Source: the human T2T-CHM13v2.0 reference genome, Homo sapiens
Assembly: GCF_009914755.1 (NCBI RefSeq)
Contig: NC_060942.1
Length of the DNA: 64,000 bases
Strand: one strand, 5' to 3'
Shown here: piece after piece, positions 28,718 through 42,149 of the stretch
Position numbering within the stretch: position 1 is the stretch's first letter
Layout of the letters: each line of letters opens with the position of its first letter
Notes under the pieces: generated by a model
What the model was told of the DNA's origin: nothing
Seen by the model: the letters and a program-made list of their open reading frames with translations, nothing else
Databases searched by the model: none
Position numbers and translations under genes: made by a program

Positions 28718-29000
28718 TGGCAGAGACAGACAGTGCTCACCAAATGTTCCATGTCTTCTTGATGTTTCCAGCCCTTCTTTGTAGTGAGGCTGGGTCATGT
28801 GACTGGTTTTGGTCAATGGACTATGAGCAGATGTGATATCTTGGTATCTGGGTCAAGGCAGTTAAGAACCAGGGTGCTTCCTCCAGCCCCCTCTGCTGCC
28901 TGCAGCAGTCTTGGAGTCCACACGTTCCAGATACTGTAGATGCAAGATGGAGGAGTGGGGGATAAGTTTTTATGGTGTTAAGCCATCAAAATTTCAGCAA
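28718..29000 (+). mobile_element. MLT1I/J-like LTR
   Basis: tttccagcccttctttgtagtgagg...ggtcatgtgactggttttggtcaatgga...gttaagcca. Confidence 0.7.
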
Positions 29001-29004
29001 TAAG

Positions 29005-29170
29005 CTTGGTGTGTTATAGAAACAGAGAGAAGGCCAATGGGGCTGGAGCACAGTGGACTGGGGAGAAAGTGACAAGAGATTATGTTGGAGAGAGAGGCAA
29101 GAGCTGTGTAGGGAGGGCTGTGGGGATAATGGGGAAGAGTTTAAATTTGATTTTTAGTGCAATGGAAAGC
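29005..29170 (-). mobile_element. L2 fragment
   Basis: agaaacagagagaaggccaatggggctggagcacagtg...tgcaatggaaagc. Confidence 0.6.
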
Positions 29171-29419
29171 AATGTATCAAGAATGTGTCTTAAGAACCTT
29201 AAAATTGTCCCTACTCTCTGATCCAGAAATATGCAGAATCTATTCCAAAGAGTCCAAGAAAAAAATCTATAATGTAGTCAAAGATTTATATATAGCAGCA
29301 TTTTTTCTAAATTATAATAGCAAAAGTTGAAAAAGCTTAAATGTCTAAAAATATGGGAATGATTAAAGCATAATATTGCTATTATTAAATAGATCTTTTC
29401 CTGAATGATTTTAAAGACA

Positions 29420-30000
29420 GAAATCCTTGTTTCGCATTCACAGTAGCAACAAAATTTAAAAATAAGGTGAAGAGGATGCAGAAGATCTTTAGTGGAGAAA
29501 GGAAAGGCTGATCTGAATTAACGGAGGGAAATACCAAGTTTTTGTATGCAAGAGTTTGATATTGTGAGTGTTGCTTCTTCCCTATTCAATTGTCAATCAA
29601 TACAATTCTAATTAACATTCCTAGAAAATTGTAACTGAATTTCACAAACTTGAGTCTAAAGTTCATCTAGAGGAAAAAAATGTGCAAGAAAAACTAAGAA
29701 TAGTTTGAAAAAAGCACAATGTGAGCTCTTGTATAGCTCTGGACATTGGCTCAATAGAAAAAGTAGGAATCCAGAAAGAGACCTATGTTTATGTGACAAT
29801 TTAGAGTATTACAAAACTAGAGCTTCAAAGCAGCGGGAGAAAAACACTATACAATAAATGAGTCTGATACAATTGAATATCCATTCACATTAAAATGTAG
29901 TTAGCTCTGTCCCACACACAATACCCAGAAAAATATTCTGAAGAACTTCACCTTTTAAAACAACTGAATATTAAAGGAGCAGAAGAAAATTTAGGTGCAA
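29420..30000 (+). mobile_element. Old L1M ORF2 fragment
   Basis: cattcacagtagcaacaaa...tctaaagttcatctag...caataaatgagtctgatacaattg. Confidence 0.55.
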
Positions 30001-30216
30001 GTGGCAGCCACAAGTTTCTCAAGAAGTTAAATATAGAATTACTGTATAACCTAGAAATTTCGTTCCTAGGTATAAACTCAAAAAACTAAAATCAGGGACT
30101 CAAATAGAGCCCTGCACACCAATGTTCATAGCAGCATTATTCACAGTAACTAAAATGTGGAAACAACCCAAATGTCCATCAATAGGTGAATGGACAAACA
30201 AAATGTGGTAAATACA

Positions 30217-30615
30217 TAATATGGTTTGGATATCTGTCCCCTCCAAATCTCATGTTGAAATGTGATTCCCAGTGTCATAGGTGGGCCTGATGGGAGGTGT
30301 TTGTGTCACGGGGGCAGATCCCTCACGAATGGCTTGCTGCATCCCCTGTGGTAATGAGTTCATGCGAGATCTGATTGTTTAAAACAGCCTAGGCATTTTC
30401 TCCTTGCTCTCTTGTTCCCCCTCTTGCCAGGGATACAATAGCTCTCCTTCCCTTCCACCATGACTAAAATCTTCCTGGGCCTCAGCAGAAGCCGAGCAGA
30501 TGTGGGTGTCGTGCTTGTACAGCCTGCAGAACTGTGAGCCAAATAAACCTCTTTTCTTGATAGATTACCCAGCATCAGGTATTCCTTTTTATCACAGTGT
30601 GAATGGACTCACACA
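30217..30615 (+). mobile_element. MSTB-like solo LTR
   Basis: atggtttggatatctgtcccctccaaatctcatgttgaaatgtg...agaactgtgagccaaataaacct; TSD ATACA. Confidence 0.85.
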
Positions 30616-30830
30616 ATACATACAATGGAATATCATTCAGCCTTAAAAATTAGGAAATTCTGACACATGCTACAACATAAATGAACGTTGAGGACATTAT
30701 GCTAAGTGAAACAAGCCAATCACAAAAAGCAAATATTATATTTTTCCACTTATATGAGATCCTTAGAGTAATCAAATTCATAGAGACAGAAAGTAGACCA
30801 GTGGTTTCCAGGGGCTGGGAAAGTAGGGAG

Positions 30831-30985
30831 TTTTTGTTTTTGTTTTTTGAGATGGAGTCCTGATCTGTCGCCCAGGCTGGGGTGCATTGGCATGATCTCG
30901 GCTCAAACTCCTGACCTCAAGTGATCCACCCACCTCAGCCTCCCAAAGAGCTAGGATTATAAGTGTGAACCACCGCGTCCGGCCC
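30831..30985 (-). mobile_element. Internally deleted AluS
   Basis: Right-arm 3' end fused to left-arm 5' part; TSD gggagtttttgttt/aggagttcttgttt. Confidence 0.85.
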
Positions 30986-31199
30986 AGGAGTTCTTGTTTA
31001 ACAGGTAAAGAGTTGCAGTTGGGATGACGAAAAAGTTCTGGAAATAGACAGTGGTGATGCTTGCACAACCTGTAAATGTACTTAATGCTGAAATGTGGTA
31101 CTTAAAAATGGTTAAAATTGTAAATTTTAAGTTATATATATTTAGCACAATAAAATGTAAAAAAACTATAAAGGATGTACATTAGGGGAAAAAAGGCAA

Positions 31200-32805
31200 C
31201 CACAAAGTTTAGGGGCTGTGTATCAGAGATGAACACTGTCATATTACAGGGAGGCTTTGAGAGGCAGAAGTTCCTAGGTCATTGAGAATGAATGCAAATA
31301 GAGATTGGATAGAAATTAAAACTGACAGTATAAAAATGTAGCTCAGAAAAATTAAAAAAAAAGCTGAAAAAAGAAAAATTTCAAAGAAGTAGTGTGCTTA
31401 AATTTTTAGAAGTGGAAAACAATGAAAAGGAGCAGATTTCTATTCAATATAACCCACATAAGATATGCAAACAGTGCATTGCAAATTGCTTATTTAATGA
31501 GGATTTAGTTATTGGTCAAAAAAAGAAAAGAAAGAGAGTCAGAACATTTTTCTAATCACATTCGTAACTTGAACACATCAGAAGAAATCCTGGCAAACTT
31601 GCAACTTCATATTCTTCCCTGAATGAAGATTTAATTGCAGTCGTGAAATGTCACTTGTACACAAAAAGTCCCATATGCAATTACTACAATGGAACAAAAA
31701 GGCTGAATAAACAGTGAACAATCAATAGTATTCCACACAGACAAGTCAGTGCTGATCGAGAACATTGGCGTGATGTTCTTCAAAACAAAGCATGACAAAG
31801 ATTTCTGAGGCACAATATTTACTGAAAAAAGAAAATTTTCTAAGTTTGCTAGAAATAATTTCAAAATTTGAATGGCCAAACATGTAAGATGGATAAGAAA
31901 TTGTAAAATAAATTATCACTCTCTAGGATGGAGAATTTGATTCGTAATGATTAATTTAACAGGTAATTAAGTGAGACAAAATGCCACACATAAAAATTTA
32001 AAAGGTATGTGTTACTCAGTTCAATCAGATTGTGGCAGGGACAAAATGTCAGACAACTAACATTTGTTGTACATATGTTTGAATCAGAAGACAAAAACAA
32101 GAAGGTCGAAATGAGTATTTCATTGATTCTACACCTGTTGTAAAGTGCACACCTTTTTTTTTTTACTTAATTGAAGAATCAAAAAATCTTCTTTAGATAA
32201 CAGGCATTAATTTAAAAGACTGACGAGGGCAGTGTAAGGCAATGGTGTTGATGTGGCTGCAAAAACAACATGGGCAAACTAGACTTTGGGCTGAAATATC
32301 CAGAACGAATCTTTGTTCCAGGTACTGTACATACTTAGAATTCATTGCTAGGAGATGTGGCCTCAACTGTGCCAATTATAATTACATTTTTGGGGAATAA
32401 TTCAGAGATTATGTCTGATAATCTCTTCACCAGTATAAATTGGCATATTTTGAAGAAATTCATATAAAATTTGATCCTGCAATCACTCTCAGATAACATG
32501 GTTGGGAAATGTGAAAGCAATTAGATTTAATCAGATATGATGCAAGGTGCATTAGAAGAGTTAGACAGAACAGCAGAAGATTCTCAAGTAGAGTGATTGT
32601 AGACTTTGCAGAAAAAAGGTAATATTAAATTTGTACCATAAACATTATTTAGTATGAACTGATGTTTGCAAAAGGTCACAAATCCAAAAGGATCTAAGTT
32701 AGCTATTCACTTTTAAAAGGATTAAAAATATCTTAAACATTTTCAGAAAATACTTTTTTAAAATAAAAATGTCATGACAAATATGCAATAAAATGATATT
32801 GCAAT
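31200..32805 (+). mobile_element. Decayed hAT-Tip100 (Zaphod-like) transposase
   Basis: Manual translation: NFLSLLEIISKF; INLKD*RGQC..GNGVDVAAK; IFVPGTVHT*NSLLGDVA (decayed CxxH motif); WHILKKFI*NLILQSLSD; many stops and frameshifts. Confidence 0.75.
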
Positions 32806-33369
32806 AAATAGTCATGCATTGCTTGATGATGGGGATAGGTTAGGAGAAATGCATTGCTTGGTGATTTCACTGTTGTGCAAACGTCATAGCGTGTACTTAC
32901 ACAAACTTAGATGGCATAGCCTGCTACGTGTCTAGCCTGTAAGGTATAGCCTATTGCTCCTAGGCTACAAACCTGTACAGCATGTCACTGTATTGAATAT
33001 TGTAGGCAATCGTAACATGATGGTAAGTATTTGTATATCAAAACAGAAAAGATACAGTAAAAATATATAAAAGATTTAAAAAAATGGTACCCATGTATGG
33101 GGTACCTATCAAGAAAGGAGCCTGAAGGACTAGAAGTTGCTCTAGGTGAGTCAGTGAATGAGAAGTGAGTGAATGTGAATACCTAGGACATTATTGGACA
33201 CTACTGCAGACTTTATAAACCCTGTAGCCTTATGCTACATTAGACTTATAAAAAATATTTTTCTTTTTTCAATAACAAGTTATCTTACTGTGACTTTTTT
33301 ACTTTACAAACTTCTAAATTTTAACTTTTGACTCTTTTATAATAACATTTAGCTTAAAACACAAACACC

Positions 33370-33739
<370 letters not shown>

Positions 33740-33756
33740 TTAGCAATTATTTTCTA

Positions 33757-34070
<314 letters not shown>

Positions 34071-34549
34071 TAACTTTTAAACTTTAAAAATATCATTGTT
34101 TCTCACTTTCACATCTTGTCCCACTAGAAGGTGTTCAGGGGCAATAGCACGCATGGAGCTGTCATCTCCTATGATAACAATGTCTTCTTTTGGGATGACT
34201 CCTGAAGGATCTGTCTGAGGCTGTTTTATAGGTAATTAAAAAAAAATAGAAGTAGTACGCTCTAAATTAACAACAATAGTATAGTATAGTAAATACACAA
34301 ACCAGTAATAGTTATTTATTAACATTATCAAGCTTTATGTGCTGTATATAAATGTATCTGCTCCACTTTTAAATGGCTGGCACTGCAGTAGGTGTATTTA
34401 CACCACAAACATGTGAGTAATGTATTGTGCTATGACTTTACGATGGCTACAATGTCGCTAGGTGGTAGGAATTTTTTAGCTCCATTATAATTTTATAGGG
34501 CCACGGTCCCTGGTTGACCAAAATGTCATTAGATAGTGCATGTTTATAA

Positions 34550-34830
34550 GGCCAGGTGTGGTGGCTCACGCCTATAATCCCAGCACTTTGGGATGCTGAG
34601 GTGGGCCGATCATGAGGTCAAGAGACCATCCTGGCCAACATGGGGAAACCCTGTCTCTACTAAAAATACAAAAATTAGCTGGGCATGGTGGTGCATGCCT
34701 GTAGTCCCATCTACTCAGGAGGCTGAGGCAGGAGAATCGCTTGAACCCGTGAGACAGAGGTTGCAATAGCCAAGATTGTGCCACTGCACTCCAGCCTGGT
34801 GACAGAGCGAGTCTCCGTCTCAAAAAAAAA
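34550..34830 (+). mobile_element. AluSc-like
   Basis: gatcatgaggtcaagagaccatcctggccaac. Confidence 0.9.
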
Positions 34831-35104
34831 GTATGAAAATGAAATGGCAATTATAATCATCATATCAGTGGAAATATTCTCAAAGCCATTTGAATAATTC
34901 AAGGATGACAAGAATTTATTGTATATTTTAAATGTTTATTTATGTAGCTATCTTTTAATATTTGAGCTCAGAATCTCCAAGGATTTCAGGAAGCTAAAGC
35001 AAAAAAAATCCTCCTGAAATAGACAGAGTGAATGAAATGTTTGCAAATGCATATATCCATTGTGTAGATATTCATGATTCCTCAAGCACAAAGGCATATA
35101 GGTA

Positions 35105-35345
35105 AATGATACTCATGACTCGGACAATGCTTACTGAATGCCTGCTGCATGTCAGATATTGTGTTAGTGCCAGGGAGATGATGGATAAACAAAATAGACA
35201 TAGTCTCTGCTCTCTATATAACTTACATGCTAGTAGGGAATATAGATGTGTAGACAGCAATTTTTAGATGATGTGCGGGATAATAGGATGAGGTGAATCC
35301 AGGGAGCTCACAAACAGAGGAGGGGCACTTCATTCAGTATTGAGT
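35105..35345 (-). mobile_element. L2 3' fragment
   Basis: aatgcttactgaatgcctgct...aaaatagacatagtctctgctctc. Confidence 0.6.
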
Positions 35346-35762
35346 AGCGAGAAATAGTAGATTATAACACGAAGAACTAATAAAGGGATGAAAGAGCATT
35401 GACGACTAATAACAGAGGCATGTTCTCTTTGCTCTAGATTCTTGCATATGTGATGGCTTCTGCCTGGAGTCCTGTGACAGTCACACTAGGTGGTGCCTGG
35501 ACTAGGCATGTTTTGAGGTGGCTGCTTTTCTCATATGCTTTTCTCTGGGATCTGACCATTCCTTTCATCTCTTGGCCAGGCATGTGTTGTGTCATCTCCA
35601 TCCTTTCTTCCTTTTTCCCTCACTTCCTGTCTCCCTTTGTTCTTTCCTTCTTCTCTCCACCCCACCCATTACACCTGATTGCAACTAGGGTTACTCATAT
35701 CATTGGCTGGTCATTAACCAACCAGTGTCTGTCTCCCCATATCTCTAGAGATTTTGAAGTTA

Positions 35763-36405
35763 TAATACAGTAGTTATTAAGAAATTATTTTTAGGCGCTA
35801 GAAAGGGTGAAAGTTCTCCCTGGAATTTTCCTTTAAAAAGAAGGAACCCCCAAACTATTTCTTCTCTAACAGAAAGCAGCCTGAGAAGTCAGGCATAGAC
35901 ATGCAAACTAGAAGCTTTTATATGTAAATGGAAGCAGCTGTACCTGGAAGTCAGGTACATTCAATATGGCGTTTCCCGCCCTCTTTTCCTTGTCATCACG
36001 TGTGCCAGGTGTCATGGCAGCCTCCAGATAAAATCACGTGTACAGATATCAAGGCCTCTGCCAGGTGGAGGCCGCATTTGCATAATAAAAGACTAGGGTG
36101 GGAGGGCCAGCCTTTTTGTGGGCTATGTAAATGGCACACCTGGTCAAAGCAATCCCCTGGGCCCTATGTAAATCAAACATCGCCTCCTCAAGCCTCTGTA
36201 CAAACCAATTGCGTTCCACCACAAAAGATAAACCCTCTTTTCGGCGACCTGCTTTCTCAACATAAGGAAGCTTTTTCTCTCTCTTTTCTTTTGCTATTAC
36301 ACTTTCTGCTCCTGAACCCACTGCTCATGTATGTCCGTGTCCTGAATTCTTTCTTGACCGAGACCAAGAGCCAGGGTATATACCGCAGACAACGGAGCCG
36401 TTTCA
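35763..36405 (+). mobile_element. LTR9-family (LTR9B-like) ERV1 solo LTR
   Basis: aagaaattatttttaggc...aaagcagcctga...gcataataaaagactagggtggg...aaatggcacacctggtc...gccgtttca; 4-bp TSD GTTA/GTAA. Confidence 0.75.
36076..36091 (-). promoter_or_regulatory. SOX-OCT composite-like motif
   Basis: Minus strand reads CTTTTATTATGCAAAT, containing a perfect octamer ATGCAAAT. Confidence 0.55.
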
Positions 36406-36889
36406 GTAAGAGGCACAACAACTGCATTGAAACACAGTCTGTTGAGTAAATAAATAATTACCCTTCAACTTGATCCATGGGAACTCAAAGTACATTTTTG
36501 GAGCTTTCAGAACAAACAACGCTCATATCTTTATTATATCATCATAAAAATTTTCTTTATAAAGTATATGAAAATGATGCTAACTATAACCATATTATTC
36601 TGTTTCATAACCAGCAACAATGCATTAGTTCCCTCAACCAAATCATAAACTGTTAATATAGGAATGGATGCATTTAAAAACAGACATTTGTGTTCCAATT
36701 CACCAAAGGTTTGTTAGGTAATCTAAAATGAACTTAATTTTAGCTAAATTTTGGACTATTACATATGCTTTTTAAATAAGGCTTGAAGGGAAGAAGGATT
36801 GACTTTTAATTGTGATATCAGTAGTGAAACTGTTGTAGATTTCTGTTTCAGAGTTAAAAAATATTTGTTGAGTGGTGATGTAGCAGAAT

Positions 36890-37320
36890 GTAACAGATAT
36901 TGCCGAAATCTGCTGCCTAACAAACTGTTCCAAAACTCGGTGGCTTAAAATGATAATTCTCATGAATCTGATGTTAAGGGTAGTTTGATCTGAGCTGGGC
37001 TAGACTAGAGAGACTTGGCTCTGCTGCATGTCCCTGATCCTGCCTGAGGACAAGCAGGCTAGCCCAGGTATGCTCTTCTCATGGTGATGAGAGGCAAAGA
37101 GAGCAGGTGCACCCATACAGGATCTCTCAAGCCAAGGTTCAAAACTGGCAACCTGTCACTCCTGTCTCATTCTATGGTCCAAAAGTGTCTTATGGCCATA
37201 CCCAAAGGGAAGGGGAAGTGATGTATGCCATTGCATAGTGAGAGGGTCCTGCAAGGTTTTATTGGAAGATCATGTAGACAAGGAGGGTGATGAAGAAGGG
37301 ACAGCAATATAATCCACACA
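36890..37320 (-). mobile_element. MLT1H-like LTR
   Basis: tgctgcctaacaaactgttccaaaactcggtggcttaaaa...gtcttatggcca. Confidence 0.6.
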
Positions 37321-37334
37321 CAAAAACTGCCTAG

Positions 37335-38008
37335 TTATTCAACGAACTCGCTTCTCTTCTTCCTGGAGCCCACAGTTACCCTATCTTTCCTTGCCTCTCA
37401 GGCAGTAATGTCTGGCTATGTAACTGAGCAGAAAGGACTTGGGCCACAAAGATTTCTAATGGGAACTCTGTGCTATTTCCCCTTTCTTTGGCTTGATGCA
37501 GACAAACTAAGAAAACTTGAAAGCCACGTATTGAATATATTCAGAAACACAAGATGAAGGAGGCTGTGTCCAATCAGCAACTTCTGTTTGTTTGTTTTTT
37601 TTTTTTTTTGAGACAGAGTCTTGCTCTGTCGCCCAGGCTGGAGTGCAGTGGCGCTGAACTCGGCTCACTGCAAGCTCCGCCTCCCAGGTTCATGCCATTC
37701 TCCTGCCTCAGCCTCCTGAGTAGCTGGGACTACAGGCGCCCACCACCACGCCCGGCTAATTTTTTTGTATTTTTAGTAGAGACGAGCTTTCACCAGATTA
37801 GCCAGGATGGTCTCGATCTCCTGACCTCATGATCCGCCCGCCTCGGCCTCCCAAAGTGCTGGGATTACAGGCTTGAGCCACCGCGCCCGGCCTGCAGCAA
37901 CTTCCCTTTGGACTTTGAGAAGGAAATAAGCTTTTATTATGCTGGCACCATTACTTATTTTGGGGTTTGCTTATTACAGCAACTAGACTGGCTTACCCTA
38001 AATGATAC
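37335..38008 (+). mobile_element. MLT1I/J-like LTR (split by Alu)
   Basis: ttccttgcctctcagg...ggctatgtaactgag...gaaataagctttta...ttattacagcaactagac. Confidence 0.55.
37585..37892 (-). mobile_element. AluY-type element
   Basis: caagctccgcctcccaggttcatgccattctcc, ttagccaggatggtctcgatctcc; TSD cagcaacttc. Confidence 0.95.
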
Positions 38009-39001
38009 ATGTGATGTGTCTGGAGAAAGGCTCTAAAGGTGCCTCCAGATTTCCTTGAGAGCACTTTAGACACACTGCCCTAATGCTTATTAGGTTCAGC
38101 TTTCATTCCTTATGGGTAGCTTCTCCATATTTGCCAAAATCAGGGAGGAGAAACCTTGATTGTCCTGAGGTTGGGGAGATATTCTTCCTGGTAACCAGGG
38201 CATGATATAACACTGTAGTGCAACATCAACACTTCAGTGACCAAAATAAGTTCCTGCAAAAGGTCAGGGATGGAATTGGCTTTCAGCTTCAATTAGGCCT
38301 TTTATTGCTTCATTACGTTCTTGATTCCATCAGATTCCTTTATTGGGAAGAAAGGAGGAGGAGAAGTATTAGGAGAAGGAGGATTGTGTGGAAAAGTAAG
38401 CTTTATTTCAAGGCATTGACAAACTGGTAGGAAGGAGCACAGAGTTACCTGTCTATGTAGCAAGGGCTCAGTCAGGAGTCCCACCAATTCCTGCCTGAGG
38501 CCTACTCAATTTCCTCTTTGGGTTGAAACTAAAAAGTAGGCTTGCAGATGCCAGTGATGTCTTTGTTATCCAAACATGCTCCACATCCAGGAAAGAGAAC
38601 ACCTGGGGTCACCTTATTGAGGGATTTGCTTAATCATTAAAATAAATATTTACATTGAGAATACAGTTAAGTTAGCTTTCTTTGCACACTCACAGTTTTT
38701 AAAAGAGCCATAGGGCTTTCGTTCATGTTTTAAGCAATTAAGTTGGTAAAAATCCTGTCTCCATTTTCTAAGAGATGGATTACATTCAATTACTCCTCAC
38801 AACAGCCAACTGGAAGATTGTCTCATTGCTTTTGAAGTACTGGTTGGGCTGGTGTCTGTGACGGTAGCAAAATAAATGAGATTTCTTTGTAACCCATGCT
38901 GATGCTGGATGCACTTGTTAGCCTGGCCCTTGTTCTGATACTCCACAATACAGCAGTTCAGCTGGTCATGCTCCTTAAGGAGCCACTGGGTAGTCGATTG
39001 A

Positions 39002-39385
39002 TGTATTTGTCTGTTGTCACACTGCTATAAAGAACTACCTGAGACTGGATAATTTATGAAGAAAAGAGGTTTAATTGACTGACAGTTCCACAGGCTTAAT
39101 AGGAAGCATGACTGGGAGGCCTCAGGAAACTTACAATCATGGCAGAAGTCGAAGGGGAAGCAAGCACCTTCTTTACAGGGTGGCGGGAGAGAGAGAGAGA
39201 GTGCAAGGGAGGAGGTGCTACACACTTCTAAACCATCAGATCTCATGAGAACTCACTATCATGAGAACAGCGAGGGGGAAATCTGCCCCCATGATCCGAT
39301 CACCTCCTACCAAGTCCCTCCCCTAACACTGGGAATTACAACTTGAGATGAGATTTGCATGGGGACACAGAGCTGAATCGTATCA
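39002..39385 (-). mobile_element. MSTA-like solo LTR
   Basis: cacactgctataaagaactacctgagactgg...ggggacacagagc; perfect TSD ATTGA. Confidence 0.9.
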
Positions 39386-40194
39386 ATTGACTTCTGCCTT
39401 GCCCCTCAGCCAGTCTGATACGAAGGCCACCTGCATTCTGAGGAGCCTCAGAAACCTTGGGCCACCATGTATCTCAGTTAGAGCCAATCAGCCACTTGGG
39501 CATGCATATTTCATCTGGCAACATGCGCTGGGGCCTGCCAGGCTGTGTCCTTTGCCAAGGCCCAACTCACACCAAAAGTCCTTTCCTTTTACAGGAAATG
39601 CCAGGGATGCTCTTGTTTGGAATTAGAATGTCTATTTTATTTTAGAGTTTAGTTTTAAATGTGCAATCCATTCCAAGTTTTAAAGCATTATCCATTTGGG
39701 CATATCGTCTTCAACAGTCATAAAAAGGCTTTCTATTTTTTTTATTTGAAACAATTTTGCCTCCTAAAGAAGCATCCCATATTTATAAGAGATAATACCT
39801 CCTACCACATCCATCAAATAAGATTTCCCCCTAGTGCCTAATGTTAGAATGCTACGCCTCTAAGCTTTTCTTCAGATTCTTTTTTCTATTTAGTAACAAG
39901 TAGAATGTGCTCATTACATCAACAAACCTAGGGATAAACATTTGGAAATCACCTCATTTTATGAGTTAGAGAAAACATATAATCGTCTAGTTTATTAGAC
40001 ATTCACCAATGCTTCCTTGGTGGCATGACATATAGAAAAAAAGGAGATTAGTATTGAAGATGAAAATAGCTTTATCGTGGGCAGAGTGGCAATTAGAATT
40101 TTTGTCTCCAGACCATATGGGTTCTTATTATAATTCCGTTTCTGGCCCTTTCCCTCCTGGAGTCCTCTAATCCTGGTGGGTTGTTCCTCACAGC

Positions 40195-40413
40195 TAACAG
40201 TAATGGTTAACATTTAGTGAGCACTCACCGGGTCTCAGGCATTTGACATCCACTTGCTTATTTAACTCTAAGAAAAAAATCCTATGAGTTGGATGTTGTG
40301 ATCCCCATTTTACAGATGGGGAAACTGAGGCACACCCAGTAAGCGATGGGGCCATCGCTGAAACTCATACAGTCTGATTCCAGAGGTTGAGCTCTTCTCC
40401 ACTGTGCTATATG
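40195..40413 (-). mobile_element. MIR
   Basis: atccccattttacagatggggaaactgaggcac. Confidence 0.85.
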
Positions 40414-40944
40414 CTAAGAACTAAGTCATAATTTCAAGGTTGGTTAGTCTTTTGTTCCAAAAGGAAGATCAATTCTGTTAGGAATCTCCAGTAACTTTGT
40501 CTTGGCTGAGTTGTTGGTGTCAGCTAGATGAAGATGCCCCCTTTTTAAGTCCTCTTCCCTTCTCTATAAAATATATTCACTGATTAGTAGTAATAGTGGA
40601 CACAAACATTTTCAACTTTCTCATATGATTCAGGCCCAGGAAAAGCTAGATTCTTATTGTCTAACTGTATATAGCCTCAGAAGTCATAATATTTACTGCT
40701 AATATCAGGTGTTTTCAATCTATATTCAATGGGAATCAAGCTAGTATTCAGTGAGAGTGCACCAGAACCCTGGCTATCCTGGTTGTTAAAATTATACAAT
40801 AGCCATCACCCCAATTCTCTCACACAATCTAGAAAATTGAAGGCTAAATTCGGCAACTGCAGAGTTAATGTCTGGCACAGCAGGGGCCTTCTGGACTCTG
40901 CTCCTGCTCTGCAGCCAATGTCCATTCTCAAGATATGGTGACTG

Positions 40945-41242
40945 CCACATATTCTCACTTAGAAGTAGGAGCTAAACAATGAGAACACATGGATACATGG
41001 TGGGGAATGACACACACTGGGGACTGTCGGAGGGGCAGGGGTTGATGAGGAAAGGGAATAACCAATTCCCTTTGGTTATCCAGGAAGAATAGTCAATAAT
41101 CAGGAAGAACAGCCAATGGATGCTGGGCTTAATACCTTGGTGACTGGTTGATCTGTGCGGAAAACCACCATGACACACATTTATCTGTGTAACAAACCTG
41201 CACATCCTTCACATGTACCCTGGAACTTAAAAGTTGAAAAAT
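40945..41242 (+). mobile_element. Short older L1PA (approx. PA13-16) 3'UTR insertion
   Basis: ttctcactta...gagctaaacaatgagaacacatgga...gtaacaaacctgcacatcc...gaacttaaaag. Confidence 0.85.
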
Positions 41243-41329
41243 TAATATTTGGTGCCTGTGTTCTGCCTTCTGTTAGATGTTTTGGAATATCAACCCCACC
41301 TGTATGCATTCAAAGTCAGCAGCCCACCA

Positions 41330-41500
41330 CAGAAAGACAGCTAGATTTGGTTTCAGGAGCACTAGTTCCTAGATCCTTATTCTCTCCAAAGGTGGGAACT
41401 TGATTAAGTTGCTCAATTGCTCCGAACCTCCATTAATTCATCTATATAGTGGAGAAAACAATATCTGCTCTGCCCTTGTCATTGGGCTGAGGGTAGGATC
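41330..41500 (+). mobile_element. MIR fragment
   Basis: aagttgctcaattgctccgaacctcca...tcatctata. Confidence 0.45.
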
Positions 41501-42149
41501 ATGGGAAAGAAAATGGCTGAAAACCTGCTTACCAACTGGAGGAGTCTCATTCTCAGCTCGGAGGGGGGCCATGAATGGCCTCTGGGTCCTGTTAGTGTTC
41601 CTCAAAGAATACCTAGGGGTCTTCAGTGTTTTTTCACAAGAAGAGTTAGGTGTTAGATATTTTTATGAAGTTATTGATGTTTTATATTTTAAGTTCTTGT
41701 GGAGTATATGATTTCTTTACTTTCGTTCCCTTCTCTTTTTTTCTCCAAATATTCCTCTCAAGCAGTGCATTCATTATTAAAATATAATCAGAGTGTGTGC
41801 CAGTAAGTTAACAGCATGAGGGTAGGAAATTGAAGGCTAAAACATGAATTCTGTTTGTTAATGTTGATTGAGAAGCAAAGTAAAAATGAGACAGCAGATT
41901 TAAAATTTATTTCAAAATTCAGTTTCCATCCTCAAACTTATCGCCCTAATATTTACTCATTTTAAAATTTATATTTTGGTCATCTTTCCTACAGCAGAGA
42001 TCTTTGATTTTTTTTTTTTACAAACATATTTTAGTTTTTAAATTATTTGCTTTGTTACCATTATTAACACCTTGCCACTTTGCAGTTTCACTGTTTTAAA
42101 ACAAAGATTCTATTAATTTAAGGTTGAACGTTTCTTTTCGGTGATGTCT

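Larger units (their letters stand above)
30005..31160 (+). mobile_element. L1MB 3' end (split by MSTB and a short Alu)
   Basis: aagttaaatatagaattac...aatgttcatagcagcattattcac...aaacaacccaaatgtccatc...cttaaaaatggttaaa. Confidence 0.85.

Noticed and set aside
35928-36449. 173-aa ORF, the longest in the window
   Set aside because: Almost entirely inside the LTR9-family LTR, with no protein-family resemblance.
40341-40359. Small hairpin agcgatgg-gg-ccatcgct in MIR
   Set aside because: 8-bp arms are within chance expectation.
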